The notes beneath the pieces were generated by a model that was not told the DNA's origin, did no database searches, and worked only from the letters and a program-made list of their open reading frames with translations. Positions 36,931 to 45,225 of a DNA stretch of 45,225 bases are shown piece by piece. The DNA lies in IMG/VR virus record IMGVR_UViG_3300049170_000040, positions 1-45,225 of that record, one strand, 5' to 3'. This DNA is from a virus (taxonomy: Duplodnaviria; Caudoviricetes). The position numbers and the translations under genes are program-made. Positions within the stretch are counted from its first letter, which is position 1. Every line of letters starts with the position of its first letter.

Positions 36931-37161
36931 TCAGGCTGCGGCGGGCTGGTTGAGGCCGGCGAGCTCGTCGAGGAGACGGGGGCCGTCGGGCGTGGAGCGG
37001 TCGATCTGGCCGGCCAGGTACTCGGCGGCCAGCTGGGCGAGCCGGTCCCCGGTCCGGACGGCGGTCACGTAGTCGGATACGACACCGGCACGGACAGCGG
37101 CCTCGGCCTCGGCCAGCGCACGCTCGGACGGGCCATCGGACGGGATCAGGGTGAGCGACAT
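36931..37161 (-). CDS. small hypothetical protein
   Basis: AAGGAG RBS; operonic. Confidence 0.65.
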   Translation of the reverse strand: MSLTLIPSDGPSERALAEAEAAVRAGVVSDYVTAVRTGDRLAQLAAEYLAGQIDRSTPDGPRLLDELAGLNQPAAA

Positions 37162-37194
37162 GGCGGAACTCCTTCAGGTCTGCGGGGTGGGGGG

Positions 37195-37479
37195 TTAGCG
37201 GGGGGTGGCGGCGTTCTCGGTGGCCGCTGCGGTGTCGGGAAGCTCGTCGGCGGACGGGCCGCCGAAGTGGGCGAGCCGCTCCATCCGGTACGGGTCCGTG
37301 GGGTACGCAGCCCACTCCCGGGCGTCCATCGGCATCTCACCGAGAGGCCCGATCGAGTCGACAGCCAGGAGGTCACCGGCCAGCAGATCGGCTGCGAACG
37401 TCGTGAGACCGGCGGCGACAGCCTCGCGGGAAGGCTGCTGCGGGGCGGACTTCGGCTTGCGGGTACGGAAGAAAGACAT
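37195..37479 (-). CDS. small hypothetical protein
   Basis: GAGGAG RBS before MSFFRTRK. Confidence 0.6.
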   Translation of the reverse strand: MSFFRTRKPKSAPQQPSREAVAAGLTTFAADLLAGDLLAVDSIGPLGEMPMDAREWAAYPTDPYRMERLAHFGGPSADELPDTAAATENAATPR

Positions 37480-37570
37480 GACAGATCTCCTCGTGGCAGA
37501 GGTGGAAGGGATGGGGTGCCGGGGCCGGCGGGCGGGGGTGGACTGCCGACCCCGGCGGTATGGGAGTGGG

Positions 37571-37921
37571 CTACAGGCCCAGCAGGTGGTACGGGAACGG
37601 GGCGTGCTGGTGGTCGACGGACCACGCTCGAAGCCAGCACCAGCGGAACGGGAAGGTCTCGACACCCAGCTGCATGACGGCGACCGACCGGTGGTGCCCG
37701 TCGGCGACGTACACGTCGTGGTGCTGGTCGTCGATACCGAGAAGGATCGGCTTGCGAAGCCCGTGCTGCGGGATCGACGCCTTCAGGTCCGCGAGGATCT
37801 TGCGGTCCTTGTCGCGGCACTCGAACCGCTCCACCGCGTGCCGCCACTTGCGGTACTCGGTCGGACGGATCTGCCGGTCGTTGAGCAGCGAAGTCGGCAT
37901 CGAGCCGAGGTACGTGCTCAT
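37571..37921 (-). CDS. ParB/Srx N-terminal domain protein
   Basis: LKASIPQHGLRKPILL...VADGHHR motif. Confidence 0.8.
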   Translation of the reverse strand: MSTYLGSMPTSLLNDRQIRPTEYRKWRHAVERFECRDKDRKILADLKASIPQHGLRKPILLGIDDQHHDVYVADGHHRSVAVMQLGVETFPFRWCWLRAWSVDHQHAPFPYHLLGL

Positions 37922-38148
37922 CGGCGCGTGCTGCGCTTGTTCGCCTCGCGGACCTTGTCCGAGAGCTCCTTGCGCTCCTCATCGGTCAGAGCGGACGGAC
38001 TGACGAAGGAGCTGGAGGCGTGGGCGTCGATGTCGGCCTGCGACATCGGGTACGACCAGGCGATACGGCCGGCGCCGAACTTCTTGCCAGCTGCGACGAG
38101 GCGACGCTGCGGGGCCGGGACGGTGGCCTCGACCGTGGGGGCGCTCAC
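37918..38148 (-). CDS. small hypothetical protein
   Basis: Translationally coupled at both ends. Confidence 0.6.
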   Translation of the reverse strand: MSAPTVEATVPAPQRRLVAAGKKFGAGRIAWSYPMSQADIDAHASSSFVSPSALTDEERKELSDKVREANKRSTRR

Positions 38149-38441
38149 AGGGCACCGCCGTAGTTCTCGGCGAACAGCCGGCCGACGAGCGTGCGGGCCA
38201 TCAGGTCGCGCTCCCTGGCGGACCTGTTGGTCGGCAGGTGCAGATGGATGCGCCCGTTACGGTGCTGGACAGCTGCGCCGTAGAAGTGGGCGTCGGTGAT
38301 CGACGAGTCGATGATCTCGGCACCCGACGTCTCCAGCAGCTCCGGAAGCGGAGCCGAGAGAAGACGGCCGATCGTGAGCGGAGAAGACTTGATCACGGAG
38401 GCGTTCGCGTCCGTGTTGGTACGCATGACAACATGGGTCAT
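38145..38441 (-). CDS. hypothetical protein, first gene of the transfer-like operon
   Basis: AAGGAG RBS before ATG 38441. Confidence 0.65.
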   Translation of the reverse strand: MTHVVMRTNTDANASVIKSSPLTIGRLLSAPLPELLETSGAEIIDSSITDAHFYGAAVQHRNGRIHLHLPTNRSARERDLMARTLVGRLFAENYGGAL

Positions 38442-38535
38442 GACCACTCCTTGGTAGAGCAAGGTGTTCGGTCGTTGCCTCGGCCCGGTGTGTGGAAGCC
38501 CGGGTCGAGGCGCAATGCGTCAGCCCTCAGAGGCC

Positions 38536-38603
38536 GGTGGAAGGCGCCCCCTGGTGGACGTCCGCCACCTTGCCACATCACTGGACCCGGTGGCAATCCA
38601 CAT
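38536..38603. promoter_or_regulatory. divergent promoter region with GGTGG-type operator repeats
   Basis: GGTGGAAGGCGCC, GGTGGACGTCCGCC, GGTGGCAATCCAC; TTGCCAC/GTGGCAA inverted pair. Confidence 0.45.
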
Positions 38604-38617
38604 GCGAGTATTTCGCC

Positions 38618-38812
38618 ATGCCCGGAGTCCACAAGCACCAGACGCGCACCTACCGCCCTGACCCTGACCTCTTCAAAGAGGCCAAGCGAGGGGTCGAAGC
38701 TCTGGACTCCAGCCTGAACGCGCACATCTGCGCGTTCCTCCGATGGCTGACGCACGAGACGGACGAGCTTCCCGAGAGGCCGCCGGCCGAGCTCTTTGCC
38801 GATTCCAAGTAG
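38618..38812 (+). CDS. small ribbon-helix-helix-like regulator
   Basis: TRTYRPDPDLFKEAK...SLNAHICAFLRWL fits an Arc/CopG-like strand-helix-helix; divergent from the transfer operon. Confidence 0.65.
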   Translation: MPGVHKHQTRTYRPDPDLFKEAKRGVEALDSSLNAHICAFLRWLTHETDELPERPPAELFADSK

Positions 38813-38960
38813 CCCCACCGAGCCCAACGCGATCACCTTTGCTCAGATCTCTGCGACGGGGCCTTCCCGCCGTGTGAGATCAGGACATCGCTGCTGGGCC
38901 GTGTGACGGCAGACTGAGAGTCGATCACTCACCGTTCACTCACACTCACAGGGGGACGCG

Positions 38961-40451
38961 ATGGCCGATCGCGCGTTACTGGAAGAGTTCGCTGCCGAGC
39001 TAAAGAGGTGGCGTGACGTGCGCGGCATGTCTCAGTCGGCTCTCGCTACGGTCGTCGGTTACACGCCTTCGTATATCTCGAAGGTCGAGAGCCAGCAGCA
39101 GCGGCCTTCACGGGAGTTCGCCGAAGCGGCCGACAGGGAGCTGCGGGCCGGCGGCGCGCTTCGCCGGGCATTCCAGGCGCTTGGCGCCAAGCCGCGGGCC
39201 GAGGCGCCTCCGCGTCAACCGGCGGCGCCCGAGCCGTCGACGAGCCTTGTCGTCGAGCACGAGGACACGTCGCTGTACTACGACGGCAGCACGTACCGGG
39301 CGACGCAGCGTCGCCGGCTGTTCAACGGCGGCAGCGAGCCGATCACCAGCTACCTCATCCGCATCTCGGTCGACCGCTATCCCGGCGACCCAGAGCGGTC
39401 GAACCAGCACTACCGCGAGAACCCGCTCACCTGGGAAGAGATCGACCTCGGCGCCAGCATCGACGGCGAGCCGATCGGCTGGCGCGTGCAGCACGACCGG
39501 GACGCCTTCAAGGAGTTATGGCTGCTCTTCGAGAACGAGGACGGCCGATACCCGCTCTACCCCGGCGAGTCGGCGTGGCTGGAGTACAGCTACACCGTCT
39601 CGGACCAGAAATGGGGCACCTGGTTCCAACGGGCCGTGCGCCTACCGACGCAGCGCATCAGCGTCCAACTGGACTTCCCGGCCGAACTGGCGCCCGCGGT
39701 CTGGGGCACCGAGACCACGATGACCGCCACCGGCGGGCCCTTCCGCAATCCGATCCGTTCCTCCACGGAGGACGGGCGGCGCGTGTTCTCTTGGAGCATC
39801 GACGAACCACCCCTTCACGCCCGATACCGCCTGGAGTGGAAGTTCCGGGCCAAAGCGATCAAGGAGCCGAATCTGAACGGAACCGCCGACACGGCCAGCG
39901 CACGCATGGCGGCAATCGGAATCGTCCAGGAGGGCGACCCGATCCTCACGACGCCTGCCCGACTGTTCTCCCTGCCCGACGAGGCCGAGGACGCGCGCCG
40001 CGTCGTGGCCGAGCTGAACTCGGCGGCAGACCGCGCGGCCGGCGTTCACAACTTCGGCAAGGGCATGGGCATCGCAGCCCCGCAGATCGGCATCAACCGT
40101 GCCGCCGCGATCATTCGCACCCCCGAGGGCGAATCGATCACCCTGTTCAACCCTCGAATCATCGAGGACGGCGGCGGCTTCGACGAACAGTACGAAGGGT
40201 GCCTGAGCTTCTTCGACGTCCGCGGGATGGTGCCCCGCCCCATGTCGATCAGCGTCGAGCACACGGACATCGACGGTCAGCAGCGCATCACCATCTTCGA
40301 ACGTGGACACGCCCGACTCGTCGCCCACGAGGTCGACCACCTGCACGGCGAGCTGTACCGGTCGAAGATGCGCCCCGGCGTCGAGCCCATCCCTGTCTCG
40401 GAGTATCGCGGCACCGGCAGCACGTGGCAGTACGGGCAGGTGCAGTCGTGA
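38961..40451 (+). CDS. XRE-HTH / beta-sandwich / peptide deformylase fusion
   Basis: N-terminal HTH_3; all three PDF motifs present: GMGIAAPQIG, EGCLS, HEVDH. Confidence 0.9.
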   Translation: MADRALLEEFAAELKRWRDVRGMSQSALATVVGYTPSYISKVESQQQRPSREFAEAADRELRAGGALRRAFQALGAKPRAEAPPRQPAAPEPSTSLVVEHEDTSLYYDGSTYRATQRRRLFNGGSEPITSYLIRISVDRYPGDPERSNQHYRENPLTWEEIDLGASIDGEPIGWRVQHDRDAFKELWLLFENEDGRYPLYPGESAWLEYSYTVSDQKWGTWFQRAVRLPTQRISVQLDFPAELAPAVWGTETTMTATGGPFRNPIRSSTEDGRRVFSWSIDEPPLHARYRLEWKFRAKAIKEPNLNGTADTASARMAAIGIVQEGDPILTTPARLFSLPDEAEDARRVVAELNSAADRAAGVHNFGKGMGIAAPQIGINRAAAIIRTPEGESITLFNPRIIEDGGGFDEQYEGCLSFFDVRGMVPRPMSISVEHTDIDGQQRITIFERGHARLVAHEVDHLHGELYRSKMRPGVEPIPVSEYRGTGSTWQYGQVQS

Positions 40452-40879
40452 TCAAGGGCCCGACGAGGCAGACCGAGACTCGCCACCACCCCCTCGGCAA
40501 GACCTGCCACCACTTCGTTCACCACGCCTTGACCTGTGACGAGTACGACGAGCTGCGTGCTCGCGCAGCAGGCCGATGTGAACTCTGCGGTACGGCCGAA
40601 GAGGAGACGGGCGGCCGGCGGCTCGTTGTGGATCATTTCCAAGGCGCGGGGGTGAGGTTCATCCGCGGCATGCTGTGCGACCGGTGCAACTCGACGATGA
40701 GCTGCTTGGACGGCACCAAGCCCTGGGGGCCGAAGCGGGTATGGGAAGAGGCCGCACGGGCCTACGAAGCGCGTAGCTGGCAGCAGCCGACCGAGGAGCA
40801 GTCGCTGCTCGTCGAGGCCACCCGACGGCAGCGGTACGAGAGCATCGTTCGGATGTACGGCAGTCGCCCGGCCGCCTGA
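40448..40879 (+). CDS. endonuclease VII-family nuclease
   Basis: LTCDEYDEL...CELCG...LVVDH...IRGMLCDRCN; GTGA overlap with the PDF fusion. Confidence 0.82.
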   Translation: MIKGPTRQTETRHHPLGKTCHHFVHHALTCDEYDELRARAAGRCELCGTAEEETGGRRLVVDHFQGAGVRFIRGMLCDRCNSTMSCLDGTKPWGPKRVWEEAARAYEARSWQQPTEEQSLLVEATRRQRYESIVRMYGSRPAA

Positions 40880-40895
40880 CCTCAAACGCAGCGAT

Positions 40896-40925
40896 GCCCG
40901 CCACCCAAAGGGGTGGCGGGCTTCG
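40896..40925. terminator. terminator between convergent genes
   Basis: 11-bp stem GCCCGCCACCC/GGGTGGCGGGC. Confidence 0.75.
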
Positions 40926-40947
40926 TCGTGTCCTGGCGTGGGTCCGC

Positions 40948-41205
40948 CTACAGTCCCTCGGTGTTGAGCCGGCCTTTGTACGCGTACAGGAACCGGTGTG
41001 TCTGGTCGCTGGTGGCGGGGGCGTAGGGCTCTGCGAAGCTGCTGTCTGCCCAGGAGGTCTTGCCGCTGGAGCGGATGTACAGCTGCCCGCCGGTGATCCG
41101 GTACGTCGTGTACACGGTGAGGTTCTTCAGCGTGGTGGGGATCGTGATTTCGAAGCCTTCGTTCTGGTCGAGCAGTTGCTGTCGTACTGCGGCTGTCAAG
41201 CGCAT
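40948..41205 (-). CDS. hypothetical protein
   Basis: Protein-like composition; ends at the terminator. Confidence 0.6.
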   Translation of the reverse strand: MRLTAAVRQQLLDQNEGFEITIPTTLKNLTVYTTYRITGGQLYIRSSGKTSWADSSFAEPYAPATSDQTHRFLYAYKGRLNTEGL

Positions 41206-41268
41206 GGTGCCCCCACGGTTGGTAGCGATGCGGGGATCATGGCACGTGCTCTTCGGCGCTGTCGGCTG

Positions 41269-41514
41269 TCAGCCGTAGTAGCTGATCTGGAGGACGGTCA
41301 CCGTCTTGAGGGTGTCGCCGATGAGGAGGACGGCGAATGCTTCGTCGGTGACGAGTGTGCGGATGACCCCGTCGTCTTCGCCGTAGGGCTGTGTGGCGGC
41401 GATGGGGTTGTCGCAGGCGGCTGCGAGGGCGAGCGTGAGTGCTTCGCTGGGGCCGGGCGGCATCGCTTCGTGCACGGCTTCGGCGGCCGGGTCATACTTG
41501 AGCCGGTACTGCAC
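41269..41514 (-). CDS. RelE/ParE-fold-like small protein (putative toxin)
   Basis: YRLKYDPAAEA..AMP...L..ACDNP...VTVLQI resembles RelE-family topology; GAGGA RBS. Confidence 0.5.
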   Translation of the reverse strand: MQYRLKYDPAAEAVHEAMPPGPSEALTLALAAACDNPIAATQPYGEDDGVIRTLVTDEAFAVLLIGDTLKTVTVLQISYYG

Positions 41515-41635
41515 GGTGACGTCCTCGGTTTCCGGGCACCCTGAGGTGCGGCGAAATCACTGGGGCGCCGACTACACAGTGATCCTTCCGCCACACAGCG
41601 TAGCGGGTGGCCGACAGTACGAAGAGCCGATCGGG

Positions 41636-41920
41636 TTAGGCGGCGCCGCGGGACCGGATCCGGTCGGCGGTGGCCTGAATGCTGTCCGTGGCGTCGCTCC
41701 ACTCGCCGGGGAGTTCTGCCCCGCGGGCGTCGTATGAAGCCAGGTCACGGCCCCGTTCGACTGCGGCGACGGTGTCCTTGGCGATCCGCTCCCACTTCGC
41801 GAAGACGGTGAGGAGTTCGTGCGCTGGTGCGCGGTTGATCTGGCCGAGGAAGCGCTGGGTCATGGCCGGGTTCCCGAGAGCGTCGCAGATCCGTTCGATC
41901 GTCCACGGTTCGCTGCTCAT
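41636..41920 (-). CDS. helical hypothetical protein (putative antitoxin)
   Basis: WTIERICDAL...F...W pattern; upstream of the RelE-like gene. Confidence 0.55.
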   Translation of the reverse strand: MSSEPWTIERICDALGNPAMTQRFLGQINRAPAHELLTVFAKWERIAKDTVAAVERGRDLASYDARGAELPGEWSDATDSIQATADRIRSRGAA

Positions 41921-41930
41921 CCTGGCCCTC

Positions 41931-41959
41931 CGGTGGAATCACCATTCGTGATTCCACCG
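41931..41959. promoter_or_regulatory. perfect 12-bp inverted repeat (operator-like)
   Basis: CGGTGGAATCAC-cattc-GTGATTCCACCG, 10 bp upstream of ATG 41920. Confidence 0.6.
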
Positions 41960-42097
41960 TAGCGCAGAACTTTAGCCCGCTAAGGTTCGGCGCTGACGTT
42001 CGCCGCTACTGATCGCCCTCTAACGATCAGGGTTGGCAGTTCCGCGATGGGCTGGGCCTCATCGTGTCCTTCGGTGATCGTCGTCGGTTGTCCTGTC

Positions 42098-42292
42098 GTG
42101 GACTACGAGACTTTCACCGAGCCGGTTACGGGCGACTACCCGGATGATCCTCGTCTGCCGCTGTTGACGGCGGCGGAGGCGCGGGAGGCGGTGGGGTATC
42201 TGCGGCTGCTGGAGTCGCTGGACATCACGCCGCGGGGTCGGGCTGCCGGCCAGCTCGCAGCGGACCTGGCAGGGCGGCTGCCTAGCGACTGA
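42098..42292 (+). CDS. small hypothetical protein
   Basis: LLTAAEAREAV..L...LA.RLPS helical pattern; start uncertain. Confidence 0.55.
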   Translation: MDYETFTEPVTGDYPDDPRLPLLTAAEAREAVGYLRLLESLDITPRGRAAGQLAADLAGRLPSD

Positions 42293-42674
42293 CTGGCGGG
42301 TCTGGAATCTCGGTGTGCGGGTCGTTCGCCGGCTGCTTAATGATCAGCTGGTGGTACTCGCCATTCTTGTCGTCCTCGAAGGCGTGCTCTGCGTTGTAGG
42401 CGAGCTGACGGAGGTAGGTCCCCAGCTCTTCCCACATGATGATCCAGCCGCTGCCGTACTGCTTCTTCAGCCACAGGTCGAGGCCGCGGTCACATGACCC
42501 TTTGTGTGCCGCAAAGACCGGGGACTGCTGGCGGAGTTCATCGTCGTTGTGGACCACCTTGTAGGCCCAGACGATGTTGCCCTTGCCTACGACTTGGCGC
42601 CGGCATGCGTCGCAGATGATGGCCGGGCAGTTCATGGCCTCTGGCGGACCGCTGTAGGGGACGACCTCGATCAT
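42282..42674 (-). CDS. hypothetical zinc-binding protein
   Basis: GGAG RBS; CDAC...HKGSC. Confidence 0.6.
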   Translation of the reverse strand: MIEVVPYSGPPEAMNCPAIICDACRRQVVGKGNIVWAYKVVHNDDELRQQSPVFAAHKGSCDRGLDLWLKKQYGSGWIIMWEELGTYLRQLAYNAEHAFEDDKNGEYHQLIIKQPANDPHTEIPDPPVSR

Positions 42675-42751
42675 TTGCTCTCCCGTGGAATTGGGGCGAG
42701 GCGGCAGCATACGGCTGAATCGGTCTACGCCGCGGCCTTCTGCCGGGTAGG

Positions 42752-42982
42752 TCACCGGGTCTGGATGATGGCGCGGCATTCGATGGCGTCGGCTTCGAGG
42801 TCGATGGCGGCTGCAGCGCCACGGAGGGTGCATTCGGGGTCGTCGGCGAGGTTGGTGCAGGAGCTGGCGATGCCGCGGAGGAGTGCGACGACCACGTCGG
42901 CGGGGATGTAGACCTGTCCGTCGGTGCCGGTGAGCAGTGGGATCTGGTTGCCGACGTGCTCGATGGGCTGGTCATCGCTCAT
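42752..42982 (-). CDS. small hypothetical protein
   Basis: GGAGG RBS; ATGA coupling. Confidence 0.6.
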   Translation of the reverse strand: MSDDQPIEHVGNQIPLLTGTDGQVYIPADVVVALLRGIASSCTNLADDPECTLRGAAAAIDLEADAIECRAIIQTR

Positions 42983-43605
42983 GCCGCGGCCCTCCTCTCG
43001 GCGAGCTGGAGCCGCATGATCTCGCCGTGTCCGTACTGGGTGCCGCAGCCTCGGCAGGTCTCGCCGTCGGTGTTCAGGGTGAAGGGCACGGCGTGGCCGC
43101 AGGGGCATTGCGCGCGGAGGCGTATGGGGGCCTTCTCGCCGTCGATGATCGTCTTGCATCGGCTGGTGATCCGGCAGGTCTCGCGGTTGAACTCGTCGAG
43201 AGCTGGGTGCCGTTGGGCGGCCTGCGTGAGGTTGAGTCGCAGGGTTCGCACTGCCTGGTCGACGCGGTGCTGAAGTCGGCCGCCGGTGCCGATGGTGGCT
43301 AGCCCGTAGGTGGCCCAGTCTTCGACCCACGATTCGAGTTCGCTCACGATTCCGCCGTTCGCCACGAGGTTGAGCACTTCCTCGCTGGGCGGCATCTTGG
43401 AGCCGCGGGTGCCGGAGACTGCGGGGCCGCCGGCGCGCTTGCCCGGCTGGGTGCGGAGGCAGAGGCGGGCGTAGAGGCCGGAGGGGCCGGCGATGGAGCG
43501 GAGCGTGCTGTCGAGGCGCTGTTCGCAGGGGCGGCAAATCGTGCGCCCGAGCTCGTCGTCCCAGAGGTCGTGGTTGCAGATGACGCAGGCGGTGCAGTCA
43601 AACAC
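42979..43605 (-). CDS. multi-zinc-finger phage protein
   Basis: CVIC, CRPC, CPCG, CRGC motifs; AAGGAG RBS. Confidence 0.75.
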   Translation of the reverse strand: MFDCTACVICNHDLWDDELGRTICRPCEQRLDSTLRSIAGPSGLYARLCLRTQPGKRAGGPAVSGTRGSKMPPSEEVLNLVANGGIVSELESWVEDWATYGLATIGTGGRLQHRVDQAVRTLRLNLTQAAQRHPALDEFNRETCRITSRCKTIIDGEKAPIRLRAQCPCGHAVPFTLNTDGETCRGCGTQYGHGEIMRLQLAERRAAA

Positions 43606-43639
43606 GGCGGCTCTCCTTGCGGCGGTGCGGGCGGGACGG

Positions 43640-43906
43640 TCAGGCGGTGGTGAGCGGCGGGCGTTGTTCGGTGATGGGGCAGGGCCAGTCGTTGGGGCAC
43701 GGTTCGTCGCGGGCTTCTTGGCAGAGCTCGAGCGACCGGCGGCCGGAGGTGAAGCTGGGGTGGCCTTCGTCGTCGCGGTCGGGGTCGCGAGCGACGATCC
43801 AGTCGCGGCCGACGGCTTCGATGCGGACGCAGTGGTAGTGGTCGCGGCCGAAGGCGCCGTGGGCGAAGCCGTGGATGACGTCGCCGACGGCGAGGGGGCG
43901 GGTCAC
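43640..43906 (-). CDS. hypothetical protein
   Basis: AAGGAG RBS; GTGA coupling. Confidence 0.65.
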   Translation of the reverse strand: MTRPLAVGDVIHGFAHGAFGRDHYHCVRIEAVGRDWIVARDPDRDDEGHPSFTSGRRSLELCQEARDEPCPNDWPCPITEQRPPLTTA

Positions 43907-44223
43907 GGCTGCTCCTTGGGGTTGTGGAGGGTGTCGCGCCAGCGCTGGACTGTGCGTTCGCTGATCCAGCTGGTTTGCAGGCAGGGTTCGCCGGGGTGGC
44001 CTTTATGGACGAACTGGCGAAGGACTTCGTCGAGGACGGCGTGAAGTTCGCGGGTTCTTGCTTCGGCGATCTCCGCCCGGACTCGCTGCTGCTCGGCTGC
44101 GGCGAGTACGGCGTCGGCGATGGCGCGGCGGCCTTCGATGGCGAGCCAGTAGCCGGCCCGGTTGATGGCGGTGGTGATGGTGTCGAGGAGGACAGCACGG
44201 GGGTCGGGAGCGGGCTCAGTCAT
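43903..44223 (-). CDS. hypothetical protein
   Basis: ATGA coupling; H.GHPG.PC motif. Confidence 0.65.
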   Translation of the reverse strand: MTEPAPDPRAVLLDTITTAINRAGYWLAIEGRRAIADAVLAAAEQQRVRAEIAEARTRELHAVLDEVLRQFVHKGHPGEPCLQTSWISERTVQRWRDTLHNPKEQP

Positions 44224-44666
44224 GCCGACCGTCCCTCGGTGCTGCCGAGCGGCTCGTCAGCGAGCAGCTCTAGGAGGGCGGCTCTGTGGTGCGCTGTTGC
44301 GTAGCGAAGAAGATCCTGGACGCGTTGCCCGTAGGGCTGCGGCGAGAACCAGAGTTCAAGGTTCTCGGCTCGGTTGTCATCACGGATGCCGTTGATGTGA
44401 TGCACTGTCTCCCCCCGCTGTAGGGGGCGCCCGAGAATCTCCTCCATGACGGCTCGGTGCTCTCCGACTATCCGGCCGTCAGCAAGCTTCACAGTCACGT
44501 ATCCGTCGGGTGCGACTCTGCGCTCCCCGACCTTCCGGAACTGTCCGCCGACCTTTCCCAAGTGGCTGGCGCAGTAGCCGAGGCCCACACCGTTCTTGTT
44601 CCGTCTCACTGGGTGGGTGCAGTCCTGCAACTTGCAGACGGTCGCAGCCTCGTAGGGCAGTGGCAT
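44220..44666 (-). CDS. HNH endonuclease (homing-type, HNH_3)
   Basis: EHRAVME.ILGRPL...[21 protein letters not shown]. Confidence 0.88.
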   Translation of the reverse strand: MPLPYEAATVCKLQDCTHPVRRNKNGVGLGYCASHLGKVGGQFRKVGERRVAPDGYVTVKLADGRIVGEHRAVMEEILGRPLQRGETVHHINGIRDDNRAENLELWFSPQPYGQRVQDLLRYATAHHRAALLELLADEPLGSTEGRSA

Positions 44667-44798
44667 CAATCGATTCCCTTCTCGGGGTTCTGGGTAGCGG
44701 CCTAACACCCCCGTCCGGGCGCCCTATGGCGCACTGGACGGGCTAGCGGGTTGACCCTGGACTGATTCCTCCAGGGAGGGGTTCAATCGCCCAGCTAC

Positions 44799-45170
44799 TT
44801 AACCCACCGGTAGCTTCGTCGCCCGGCTCAACCGTCGTCGCCCTCTGCGGTATTCACGCTCACCCGCCCTGCAGGGCATGCAGGGCGGATCGCCCCTCCG
44901 GACGTGGGCCATGTAGCCGGCGTGGTCTCCGTGACGCTGCGGCCGGCCGTCGAGGATCCCGGCCTGGCAGGCGAGGTAGATCGCGTGCGGTGCGTGGTGG
45001 GCGCCGAGCTTGGTCAGGACTCGCTGCATGTGCGCCTTGGCGGTGTTCTCCGAGATCTGCGGCCGGACTTGCCGTGCCGCCTCGCCGTAGCTGAGGCCCT
45101 GGCTCACCAGCTGGAGGATCTCGGTCTCGCGGGGTGCTAGCGGTTGGCCGTACCGCGGGACGCTCATCAA
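44799..45170 (-). CDS. LuxR-type HTH regulator with C-terminal His/Cys motif
   Basis: LAPRETEILQLVSQGLSY..ISENTAKAHMQRVLTKLG; HGDHAGY..H...PC.PC. Confidence 0.85.
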   Translation of the reverse strand: MMSVPRYGQPLAPRETEILQLVSQGLSYGEAARQVRPQISENTAKAHMQRVLTKLGAHHAPHAIYLACQAGILDGRPQRHGDHAGYMAHVRRGDPPCMPCRAGEREYRRGRRRLSRATKLPVG

Positions 45171-45225
45171 AGGCTCCTGATCACGTTCTCGACGGGGCGT
45201 TCGGGTATTTGGGGGCGGGCTGGGG

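Larger units (their letters stand above)
1..45225. mobile_element. temperate actinobacterial siphophage with TraB-type transfer module
   Basis: Complete head-tail-lysis operon, att-like site, no host housekeeping genes in the window. Confidence 0.9.

Noticed and set aside
41586-41617. PafBC-like motif TGTCGG-N8-TACGCT (and a similar N8 case at 3521-3540)
   Set aside because: Spacing is 8 nt rather than the 10-nt consensus; may be ordinary promoters.
1-45225. tRNA/rRNA genes, replication genes, introns or inteins
   Set aside because: None recognised by eye. TerL, portal and capsid have normal lengths; replication and integrase genes probably lie outside the window.

Overview
Nearly complete temperate siphophage genome from a very GC-rich actinomycete (Streptomyces-like). 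Left end: an attP-like site whose core is the 3' end of the RNase P RNA gene (rnpB), flanked by arm-type repeats. No integrase gene lies in the window. Next is an accessory region (0.3-6.5 kb) with an XRE regulator, LexA-like and PafBC-like DNA-damage promoter motifs, a phage-borne Ku, and an EndoVII nuclease plus serine resolvase with a res-like site. This region also holds an anti-CRISPR-like cassette: operator palindromes, an acidic-domain/HTH gene, two abutting type I-E CRISPR-repeat-like units with no spacer, and an unknown ORF. A minus-strand late operon (27.9 to 6.6 kb) runs HNH, TerS, TerL, portal, head, neck, tail, tape measure, tail tip and lysis. To its right are a beta-helix protein, a GIY-YIG nuclease and a Streptomyces-type conjugation module (TraB/FtsK ATPase, clt-like repeat locus, Spd-like membrane proteins, divergent RHH regulator). 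Then come an XRE-beta-sandwich-peptide deformylase fusion coupled to a second EndoVII gene, a putative RelE-fold toxin-antitoxin pair and small early genes. All calls come from motif reading and synteny; no database searches were run. Many start codons were re-chosen from RBS and stop/start overlap evidence.
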